DNA of 64,000 nucleotides from an uncultured delta proteobacterium (GTDB lineage Bacteria; Desulfobacterota; WTBG01; CAIYCZ01; CAIRTM01): NCBI GenBank assembly GCA_963804955.1, contig CAWDSQ010000020.1, positions 41,349 to 105,348 of the forward strand, read 5' to 3'. Shown piece by piece: positions 21,145 to 29,240 of this stretch (position 1 is its first letter; each line of letters starts with the position of its first letter). The notes under the pieces were generated by a model. It saw only the letters and a program-made list of their open reading frames with translations, ran no database searches and was not told where the DNA came from. The position numbers and the translations under genes were made by a program.

Positions 21145-23295
21145 ATGAAAAAGATACTATTTATAGTTGCAGGAGTGTTTATTAGCTTTCCTGTGTTCTG
21201 TTTTGCTTTGAATGTAGATTCTCACAAAAAAATCAACGATCATATAGCTGGAGCAACTATCAATGGATTTTCGTTAGGTTCTTTTTTAAGAAACCAATTA
21301 GATATGCCAAAGGGAAATGATACTAAAATGATGAATAGTGATAATAAAACGGTACAAGATTGGCTCTCAGACGGTGGAGTTAAAGAAGATAATCCTTACT
21401 GGCTTATGACACTCGTGCCAGTGCGGGCGATGTATCATTTTCACGATCCATTCAACGAACAGGGGTGGGCCGGGAAGGAGTCTGCGGTGTTCTGGACACA
21501 GGAGGGTATAGGTCAGCAATGGTATGGGGGGTATTATTCATGGTTTGATGTCAGGCAGTACTATTACGATGCTTTAATTGAAGAAGACAATGCTGCAAGA
21601 GATGTAAGTTTTGCTGAAACCTTCAGGGGTCTTGGTCAGCTCATGCACCTTGTGCAGGACATGTCTGTGCCGGAGCATGCCAGAAATGATTTTCACAACC
21701 CCTCAGAATATGAAGAATGGGTAAAAGGAAGTACTGGCGGCACGGCGCATGTTAATATTGGCTCGTATACGCCGCATTCCTTTGACTGGGATTTATTGCT
21801 TTTGGACAGCAAATTTATCAGCAGCGCTCCGGTGCCCATAGCAAATCTTTTTGATACCAATCAGTACGAGGGCAGTAATCCGAATCCGGATATTACAATG
21901 GTTCAGGGAATTGGACTTGCAGAATACACGAATGCTAATTTCCTCAGTCCTGATACCATTTTTACTGGCTATCCATATCCTTCCATAACCACCAGCGTTG
22001 AGGTAGATAATGATACCATCACAGACCCTCGCGACCCCTTCCGGCAGGTTTTGCGGCAATACTATAAAAAAATTGCAGATGGTGATACCGGCTACCGGCT
22101 GGCAAACAGGCCTTTACTGTGTGACTATGCTTTAACTCCGGTTCCGCCGGAGGGTTGGGCATATAATCTGCCGGTTTTTGATGATAATGTGTACAGGGAT
22201 TATGCCAACAAACTTCTGCCCTATGCTATAGGGTATTCTGCTGATTTACTGCATTATTTTTTCCGTGGCAAGCTTGAGATATCCCAACCTTCACGGTTTG
22301 TGTATTCAATACTAGACGGCAGTCAACCCTATAAGGTGTTTCATTACATTCAGGCAAAAGTTAAAAATGCATCGCAGACCAATGGCACATTTGAAGAAAT
22401 AGGTGGCGGCACTCTTGTCGCTGTAGCAAAATACCGGCTGCGAACAGATACAGACCCGTATAATCCCGACTTGTCAAAAGACCCGCCGACCGATGCTTCC
22501 CGTGATTCTAAATTTTCATACTCTGTATCTGCTCCAAAGGATATTAATTCTTTGCCGACCAGCGGTGATGGTGAAGAGTTTGAATTTGACTTTTCGCTTT
22601 CCCCCATCCCTGCGGGCATTACCGACCTGTATGTGCAGGTGGTGTATCAGGGAACCCTGGGCAATGAAGAAGGCACTGCCATTGCTGTAGGTATGAAAGA
22701 CCTGTCCGAGCCGACGCATTATGTCGAGTATAATGCAACGGATCGGTTGTATGTCAGCGGCATAGTGCGTACAACGCAGGAGATTATAGATAATGCAACG
22801 GCACGCAGCAGCTATTTCGATGATTGTTCCGGCTCCGAGGTTGATTATACGCAGTGCGCACCATGCATATACCCGTTTGAACTCAAAACCAGACTTGCTT
22901 TTGGGCGCTATCTTACAGACGGGCTGGATGAGGAGTATGATGTTGTCATTAACCCGCAACCCGAGGGCAGTTACAGCAGAATCATATTCCTGACAGATGA
23001 GCCGTCTATTGCGATCACCATAAATAAAAGTACAACAGCTTCCTATCCCTGTACTGATCCTGCGGCCAGCGATTTTCCTCTTACAAGTTATTCGTCAATT
23101 GACAGTGCCGTCAATCAGGAGGATGAAGCGGGTGCATTTTACAATACACCCTCAGTGACCTTCCGACAGATTCGATCACATGATTGGCGGGCAAGTGCGA
23201 TGGTGACACCCGATGGTGCGCTCTCAGGGATAGTCGATGCGCCCTGGCCACCGCTTGACGGCTCAATCCCGGTGGCCTTTACCATTAACAAGTAG
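21145..23295 (+). CDS. Secreted protein with an N-terminal zinc-dependent phospholipase C / alpha-toxin-like domain and a ~450-aa C-terminal extension
   Basis: 716 aa with a signal peptide (MKKILFIVAGVFISFPVFCFA). Metal-ligand-like motifs appear in the PLC order: NVDSHKKINDHIA, MYHFHDPF (compare HFWDPD), QLMHLVQDMSVPEHARNDFHNPSEYEEW (compare AMHYFGDIDTPYHPANV..H.KFE). I recognise no family in the C-terminal part. Confidence 0.55.
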   Translation: MKKILFIVAGVFISFPVFCFALNVDSHKKINDHIAGATINGFSLGSFLRNQLDMPKGNDTKMMNSDNKTVQDWLSDGGVKEDNPYWLMTLVPVRAMYHFHDPFNEQGWAGKESAVFWTQEGIGQQWYGGYYSWFDVRQYYYDALIEEDNAARDVSFAETFRGLGQLMHLVQDMSVPEHARNDFHNPSEYEEWVKGSTGGTAHVNIGSYTPHSFDWDLLLLDSKFISSAPVPIANLFDTNQYEGSNPNPDITMVQGIGLAEYTNANFLSPDTIFTGYPYPSITTSVEVDNDTITDPRDPFRQVLRQYYKKIADGDTGYRLANRPLLCDYALTPVPPEGWAYNLPVFDDNVYRDYANKLLPYAIGYSADLLHYFFRGKLEISQPSRFVYSILDGSQPYKVFHYIQAKVKNASQTNGTFEEIGGGTLVAVAKYRLRTDTDPYNPDLSKDPPTDASRDSKFSYSVSAPKDINSLPTSGDGEEFEFDFSLSPIPAGITDLYVQVVYQGTLGNEEGTAIAVGMKDLSEPTHYVEYNATDRLYVSGIVRTTQEIIDNATARSSYFDDCSGSEVDYTQCAPCIYPFELKTRLAFGRYLTDGLDEEYDVVINPQPEGSYSRIIFLTDEPSIAITINKSTTASYPCTDPAASDFPLTSYSSIDSAVNQEDEAGAFYNTPSVTFRQIRSHDWRASAMVTPDGALSGIVDAPWPPLDGSIPVAFTINK

Positions 23296-23305
23296 GGGAA
23301 TGAAT

Positions 23306-23416
23306 CACCCCACCAGCAGCGGGGTATTGAAGTTATTTCGGCATCCAGTCTGCTTTTTATCTGGATTCCGACTTTCGCCTGATGACAGGTTGCACGGCAA
23401 GCCGCGGGGTATTGAA
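23306..23416 (+). repeat. Dispersed double-hairpin repeat, copy A (plus a local direct repeat of GCGGGGTATTGAA)
   Basis: The sequence is caccccaccagcagcggggtattgaagttatttcggcatccagtctgctttttatctggattccgactttcgcctgatgac. It aligns with copies at 53665, 54898(rc), 60685(rc) and 58216 (partial). GCGGGGTATTGAA recurs at 23403. Confidence 0.7.
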
Positions 23417-23503
23417 CCCGAAATGAATGAAACATGAAATGTTTAGCCTTGAAAAGCCTCCTTTGTAAGCTGGTGACAGCACGTGCAGGTTTTTTACTGC
23501 TGT

Positions 23504-23630
23504 TGTGTCATAGACCCCGGCAATAATGCAGTAGGGTGCAACAGTTTCGCTACAGTAACGCCCAATAATACAACCACCTATACCATCACGGCGACAAACG
23601 CCATGGGTTCTGCCACATCAACCGCCATGG
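23504..23630 (+). repeat. 127-bp near-identical copy of an internal adhesin-gene segment (19444..19570)
   Basis: My base-by-base comparison gives 121/127 identical positions. The copy ends exactly at ..accgCCATGG, where the REP-like repeats of the transposase unit begin. Confidence 0.85.
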
Positions 23631-24769
23631 GGTAACAATAGGGGACGTCCATGGTAACAATAGGGGACGTCCATGAATAAATGAATTGACAAGTATAAGC
23701 AGTGAGTAATAAGGGGACAGTATGCCACGAGTAGCCAGATTAGACGCAGCCGGGGTATTGCATCATGTAATATTCCGGGGAATAGAGCGCAGAAGCATTT
23801 TTCGCGGTGCTGCTGATAAGGATTGGTTTGTCCAGCGACTGGGGCAATTGCTTTCAGGCGAGCCAGACGAGCTGTTATGCCTGGGCGCTGATGGACAATC
23901 ATGTGCACCTGTTGCTGCGAACCGGTGATGTGAGCCTGGCAACACTTATGAGAAGACTACTGACGGGGTATGCCGGGTATTTCAATCGGCGGTATAGCCG
24001 GCACGGGCAGTTGTTTCAGAACCGGTATAAATCCATTATTTGTCAGGAGGATATATATTTACAGGAGTTGGTGCGCTACATCCATTTAAATCCATTGCGT
24101 GCCGGAATTGTAAAGACTATGGAAGGAGCTGAAGAGCTATGCATATAGTGGCCACAGCGCTCTGATGGGGGAGAAGACGTACAGCTGGCAGCAGACAGGC
24201 TATGTGCTTGAGTTGTTCGGTAAGAGGATGCAGCGGGCACGGGAGCAGTATGAGCAGTATGTAGCCCAGGGTATTGAACAGGGCAGGCGGCCGGAGCTGG
24301 TAGGGGGTGGCTTGATCCGGAGCATGGGGGGCTGGGAAGCGGTAAAGAAGCTGCGGTTAAAAGGGCAGGACCGGGTAAAGGGTGATGTGCGGATACTGGG
24401 GGAAGGTGAGTTTGTGGAGCAGGTGCTAGCCCGGGCAGAGGAAAAATTCAGCCAGGCATATGAGTTGAAGCGCAGGGGTTATGATATTGAAAAAGTGGAG
24501 CATCGGGTTGCAGAGGTGCTGGGAATATCGGCAGAAGAAGTGCGGAAGCGGGGGCGCGAGAGGCACAGGGTGGAAGCCCGCAGTCTTGCAATTTACTGGG
24601 CGGTGCGGGAATTGGGTATGCCAGGGGTAGCGTTGGCAAAGCGATATGGTTTAACGCAGTCGGCGATAGTACATGCCAGCCGACGAGGGGAAAAAATCGC
24701 CAATAGAATTAAACTGCAAGTTGTTAAAATGAAAGTTATTCATATTTTCATGGACGTCCCCTATTTACC
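23631..24769 (+). mobile_element. RAYT/IS200-like tyrosine-transposase unit bounded by inverted REP-like repeats
   Basis: On the left, two tandem copies of GGTAACAATAGGGGACGTCCATG occupy 23631-23675. On the right, the inverted copy CATGGACGTCCCCTATTTACC occupies 24749-24769. The core GGACGTCC is itself a palindrome. Confidence 0.6.
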
Positions 24770-24785
24770 TCAAACGAAATCCTAG
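23722..24785 (+). pseudogene. Y1 (HUH) transposase of the IS200/RAYT type with a C-terminal DnaA-C-like HTH domain; two frame breaks (~23880, ~24140)
   Basis: ORFs 23722.., 23807.. and 24165.. read consecutively. The HUH motif is MDNHVHLLLRTG and the catalytic Tyr region is ELVRYIHLNPLRAGIV. The C-terminal part (RHRVEARSLAIYWAVRELGMPGVALAKRYGLTQSAIVHASRRGE) resembles DnaA domain IV. Confidence 0.7.
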
Positions 24786-24817
24786 ACTTTGAAAACCATG
24801 CTCGAACAGAAATTTTA

Positions 24818-25399
24818 TTGAGCGAAAATTATGAGAATTGGCCCGCAGAAAATGCGATGCAAAAGTATTGGTGTTATCAAAATTTGGGATATGAAAATTT
24901 GGATTCTGAAGGTTGGTATTGTAAAGATGAGGAGCTCAATGAATACGATAAAAATGTGGCTGAATATTGTATTAAAATAATAAAAATATTCATATCCGCA
25001 TTAACATCGGAACCTTCCGATAACTCTTACAAATTCAAAAACCATCTTAACTGGGCTACATACAAGGCGTTAGCTTTCTTGGAGCACCCTGATATTTTTG
25101 ATACTTTGAAAGACTTTGCAAAATTATTTCATGACAATAGCGAATATGATAAAGCCCAATTTTTATATCATAGTATGTTTAAAATAACTGCAGTAACCCT
25201 ACCGAAAGCTAAACGCCGAGAGAAACTCCGGGATATATATCCTCGCGCTTACGCGAAATGGACCCCTGAAGAAGATGATGTCTTGCGCTCCCAGTTCCAG
25301 AAGGAACAACTAACAATTGAAGAGATTGCGACCCGTCTCCAACGTAGAGTTGGTGGCATCAGGTCGCGACTCATCAAACAGGTGTTAATTGAAAAATGA
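24818..25399 (+). CDS. Hypothetical protein in an AT-rich segment; C-terminal Myb/SANT- or sigma-region-4-like helix-turn-helix
   Basis: 193-aa ORF with a TTG start in the track (an in-frame ATG lies 12 codons later). The C-terminus reads YAKWTPEEDDVLRSQFQKEQLTIEEIATRLQRRVGGIRSRLIKQ. A good terminator follows. Confidence 0.5.
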   Translation: MSENYENWPAENAMQKYWCYQNLGYENLDSEGWYCKDEELNEYDKNVAEYCIKIIKIFISALTSEPSDNSYKFKNHLNWATYKALAFLEHPDIFDTLKDFAKLFHDNSEYDKAQFLYHSMFKITAVTLPKAKRREKLRDIYPRAYAKWTPEEDDVLRSQFQKEQLTIEEIATRLQRRVGGIRSRLIKQVLIEK

Positions 25400-25449
25400 A
25401 CACCGAACCAGAGTCTTCAAAGTAATCATGTCCTGCGGTAATAAAAAAC

Positions 25450-25485
25450 GGGGAAGCAAACAGCGTTTGTTTCCCCCTTTCTCTT
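25450..25485 (+). terminator. Rho-independent terminator
   Basis: ggggaagcaaac / gtttgtttcccc forms a 12-bp stem (one G-U pair) around a 3-nt loop, then a T-rich tail ctttctctt. Confidence 0.65.
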
Positions 25486-25567
25486 GGTTGCGCTTTTCAG
25501 CTGCGTAGCGACTGATATTTTCACATGTCATGACCACACAGTTCAAACCCTGCGCCGCCTATTTGCT

Positions 25568-25596
25568 TTGACACTCAATCGCCCCCATTGTATAGT
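25568..25596 (+). promoter_or_regulatory. Sigma-70-type promoter for nhaA
   Basis: TTGACA (25568-73), a 17-nt spacer, then TATAGT (25591-96), 65 nt upstream of the ATG. A TGACTC-gat-GAGTCA palindrome (25626-40) lies in the leader. Confidence 0.5.
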
Positions 25597-25660
25597 TTGC
25601 CCATCCCAAAGCAATTTGTTATTACTGACTCGATGAGTCATACTACACAGCCGGAAGAGT

Positions 25661-27026
25661 ATGCTTTCCGAAAAAAATCCCGTTAAAAATCAATTCTTTT
25701 ACCCCTGGGAGCAAAAGCTCGAGCGGTTGATCACTCCGTTTGAGGAGTTCATTCACCGGCAGACAACAAGCGGCATTATGCTCATGGCCGTGTCGGTGCT
25801 TGCGCTGGCTGTTGAAAACTCGCCGCTCAGGGAAGGCTATGAGCATCTTATTCATATGCCTCTGTCCATCACCCTCGGGAGCTGGTCGCTCGAGCGATCA
25901 CTTGTGCACTGGATAAACGAAGGGCTCATGGCCTTTTTTTTCTTTGTCGTCGGCCTTGAAATAAAACGCGAGGTGCTTGTCGGCGAGCTGTCCGCGCCAC
26001 GCCAGGCGGCGCTGCCCATTATAGCCGCCATAGGCGGTATGGTTGTGCCCGCTCTTATCTATTTCCTGTTCAACCAGACTGAGCCGTGGTCGCGGGGGTG
26101 GGGCATACCCATGGCAACGGATATTGCCTTTTGCGTCGGAGCGCTGGTTTTGCTCGGCAACCGCGTCCCGCAGGCTTTGATGATTTTTCTGGTATCGCTG
26201 GCTATTGTTGACGACCTTGGCGCGGTTGTCGTCATTGCGGTCTTTTATACGGAAAAAATCAATATTCCGGCCCTGGGCATTGCCGCATGCAATTCTTTTT
26301 GTGCTGATCACCTTCAACCGGAGCGGCGTTCGCAAAAGCCTCCCGTATCTGGTTGCAGGCATCTGTCTGTGGTTTGCCCTTTTTTACTCCGGCATCCATT
26401 CTACCATAGCAGGTGTGCTGGTTGCTTTCTGCATTCCTTCAAAGGCACGGTATAAAACATTCCTTTTTGCAGACCGCGTCAAGACTCTTGTCCGGAGATT
26501 CGAGGCATGCAGCCGTCCCCGAGAGAGCATTCTGACAAACATTGAGCAGCATACCGTCCTTCGCGGGCTCAATCAGGAAATAGACCTTGCGGAGGCTCCC
26601 CTGCAGCGCATGGAGGATGCTCTGCACCTGCCTGTGGCCCTGTGCGTCATTCCCCTTTTTGCTTTTGCAAATGCAGGCATCAGAATTGACATGAGTTCCC
26701 TTGCAAGCGTCCTGTCCAGCCCGATATCCCTTGGGGTGATGTGCGGTCTTGTGCTCGGGAAATTTATAGGCATAACCGGCTCGGCATGGCTTGCGCTGCG
26801 GCTGGGGATAGGTTCTCTGTCGCAGGGAATAAACCTGCAACACCTGGCCGGCGTAGGCCTGCTGGGAGGGATCGGGTTTACGATGTCGATTTTTGTAGCC
26901 GAACTTTCCTTTCCCGGAAACCCCGAAGGGCTGCACATGGCAAAATCAGGGATTCTGCTTGCATCCCTGCTTGCCGGGGTTCTTGGCTTCTTCTGGCTGG
27001 GATTTTTCGCAAAAAAAACAGCATAA
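25661..27026 (+). CDS. nhaA: Na+/H+ antiporter NhaA; one frame break near 26289
   Basis: ORFs 25661..26455 and 26205..27026. Diagnostic text includes HWINEGLMAFFFFVVGLEIKRE, WGIPMATDIAF and LAIVDDLGAVVVIAVFYT, then (next frame) AILFVLITFNRSGVRK..SGIHSTIAGVLVAF..IPLFAFANAG. Confidence 0.9.
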
Positions 27027-27184
27027 GGCGGAGCAGGATTTAATCCGTTTGAGCTGAAAGAGCAAAGCTGCTCTTTCTGCCCGGCACAGCCGCTACCAAC
27101 TTGTAACAAATCGAGTCACAGCACAGTATACAGGGTATGTATGCAGTTTTCTCCGATAAACTTTTTACCCTGCCGATTTCTTTC

Positions 27185-27991
27185 TCACCAGCACCAGTCA
27201 GTGCCGCCGTCGACGCTCAGGTTCTGGGCAGTTATATAGGAGGCTTCATCGGATGCCAGAAAAGCAATCGCCGATGCCACCTCTTCGGGCTCGCCCTTGC
27301 GAGGGATGAGCAACTGCCCGTTTTTGACCGACTCCTCTATGATCCAGTCGATAAACGTATCGCGCTCGGCCATCATGGCATCCTCAATCTTGTGCCAGAT
27401 TTCCGTGGCTACAACGCCGGGCGACACGCAGTTGACCCGTATGCCCATGGGCGCAAAGCACTTGGCAAGGTTCTTGGTGAACATGACAACCGCGGCCTTG
27501 GAAGCCGGATACGCGCCGGTTTCTGTTTTTATGCCCCGGGCCATGGCCGAGGAAACCGTGACGATGGAGCCGCGGATGCCGTTTTCTATCATGTTATTGG
27601 CGCAGGCGCGGCAGAATAAAAGCGAGCCGCGCGCGTTCACATTCATGACGCGGTCCCACTCATCCACGGTGAGATCAAAGGCCGAGGGCTGCTTCTCGTT
27701 TATGCCGGCATTTGACACGGCGACATGAATCGGGCCGTAGGTCGCAACGGCCTGCTTCACCAGCGCGTCAATTGATTCGGGGATGGCCACGTCGCAGGAA
27801 ATATAGCAGGCCGTGCCGCCCTTTTCCATTATTTCGGCTGCGACCTTTTCGCCGTTTTCCCTGTTGCGGTTTGCAATGACAACTTTTGCACCTTCATCGG
27901 CAAAACGGTGCGCTGTGCCCCGGCCTATGCCTGTGCCGCCGCCGGTGATTATGACATGTTTGCCGGTAAATCTTTGTGCGCTTCTATTCAT
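27185..27991 (-). CDS. Short-chain dehydrogenase/reductase (SDR), copy 1
   Basis: 268 aa with cofactor motif ITGGGTGIGRG, NAG, and catalytic S..Y..SK (GAYPASKAAV). It is roughly 55-60% identical by eye to the SDR at 33866. Confidence 0.9.
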   Translation of the reverse strand: MNRSAQRFTGKHVIITGGGTGIGRGTAHRFADEGAKVVIANRNRENGEKVAAEIMEKGGTACYISCDVAIPESIDALVKQAVATYGPIHVAVSNAGINEKQPSAFDLTVDEWDRVMNVNARGSLLFCRACANNMIENGIRGSIVTVSSAMARGIKTETGAYPASKAAVVMFTKNLAKCFAPMGIRVNCVSPGVVATEIWHKIEDAMMAERDTFIDWIIEESVKNGQLLIPRKGEPEEVASAIAFLASDEASYITAQNLSVDGGTDWCW

Positions 27992-28017
27992 GAGATGCTC
28001 CTTTATGATTTTTAATT

Positions 28018-29240
28018 TTATAATCCAGCCGCATCATACACCAGATCGATAATATCGTATACCGGCATCGGGTTGTCCATCCCCTGAGCCGCTGCTGCGA
28101 GATTTGTTTCGCAGAACGGGCAGGCAGATGCAAGGGCCTGAGCTCCCGCACTCCGTGCAGCATCAAGGGCCTCCCGGCCCATATCGGCTGCCAATGCGCC
28201 GGCTTCAAACAGGCGCATGCCGCCGCCGGCGCCGCAGCAGATGGTGTTCTCCCTGGTTGCCGGCCGCTCGACAAGCGTTATGCCGGGTATGGCTTTTAGT
28301 ATATCCCGTGGCGGGTTAAAAACGCCCAGATGCCGTCCCAGGTGGCAGGGATCATGATAGGCCACAGTCATATGCTGCTCTTTGGTGAAGGCAATCTTTT
28401 TATCCTTTACAAGCCGTGCCAGATATTCAACCAGATGATACACTTTCGGCGCAAGTTTTTCATCGGTCTTTGCATACTCAGTTTTCAGCATAGTGCAGCA
28501 TCCGGCGCAGAGCGTGACTATTGCTGTGCAGCCAAGGCCATTAAGCAGATTAATATTGTTTTTAATCATGTCTGCAGCAAGATCCGTGTCGCCGATACGC
28601 TTCTGCACACTGCCGCAGCAGGGTTCCGCAGCCACCCAGTATACCGAAGTCGACGCCTGCCGCCTTGCAGCACGGCAGCAGCTTTTTTCGCCCGCTCAGC
28701 GAGCTCCGGATTGAGGCTCATGGTGCAGCCGACAAAAAGCAGAACATCCGACTTATCTTTCTGCGCATCTTTGAGCTTGAGTCCCTTTGCCCATTTGCCC
28801 CGAGCCGAACGCGGCATGCCCCAGGGATTGCCGTACTGGCGGGTTTGCTCAAGCACGCGGCGATAGGCCTCATCCACAAGATCGGGACATTCCCGCAGCA
28901 GGTCAGCCCGCAGTGCCTCGACCACGGCCGTATTGTCGACAAGGGGCTTGCCCGTGTCCTGATCAGTGGCGCCGCACTGGGTCATGCAGTTGCCGCAGAG
29001 GGTGCAGCTGTAGGCAGCCCGGGCCAGACCCTCAGTGGGCTGGAGGCTTCCTTCAAGCAGGGCCTGCGCCAGCATGATTTTGCCGCGGGAGGAAAAATTT
29101 TCAAATCCCGGGGTAGCCTTTTTCACGGGGCAGACATAGGGAACTTTGCCGGTAACCTTGTACCTGCATACGCCGCAGGTGCGGCAGCTGTATATATACC
29201 TGCGAACACGGTCAAGCTCACGGAATGTATTCTCAGCCAT
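28018..29240 (-). CDS. Fe-S oxidoreductase with two CCG domains (GlcF/HdrD-like), copy 1; one frame break near 28600
   Basis: ORFs 28566..29240 and 28018..28635. The N-terminal ferredoxin-like Cys clusters are CRTCGVCRYK..VCP and CTLCGNCMTQCG. The C-terminal CCG-type motifs are CCGS../LCAGCCTM and ICCGAGGG..ACPFC. Confidence 0.85.

Noticed and set aside
19444-23630. Possible diversity-generating retroelement (TR/VR pair). In four of the six mismatches between the two 127-bp copies, the downstream copy has A where the adhesin copy has C/C/C/G.
   Set aside because: There is no reverse transcriptase gene in the window. Two mismatches do not involve A in the putative template, and more than 30 other adenines are unchanged. 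Four of the six differences are synonymous third-position changes, which fits ordinary divergence of coding paralogues.
23631-23675. CRISPR-like array (tandem 22-bp repeats). The 9-bp tandem units at 55371-55435 were considered for the same reason.
   Set aside because: There are only two directly abutting units with no spacers. The 9-bp units are far too short and degenerate. No cas genes are present.
23751-23760. CGGGGTATTG inside the transposase coding region resembles the GCGGGGTATTGAA box of the dispersed repeat at 23318 and 23403.
   Set aside because: It is only a 10-nt match within a well-supported coding frame (AAGVLHH). That is insufficient to link the transposase to the dispersed repeat family.
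27056-27077. Hairpin gaaagagc/gctctttc between convergent nhaA and SDR-1, considered as a terminator.
   Set aside because: It is a short stem without a U-tract on either strand, so I do not report it as a feature.
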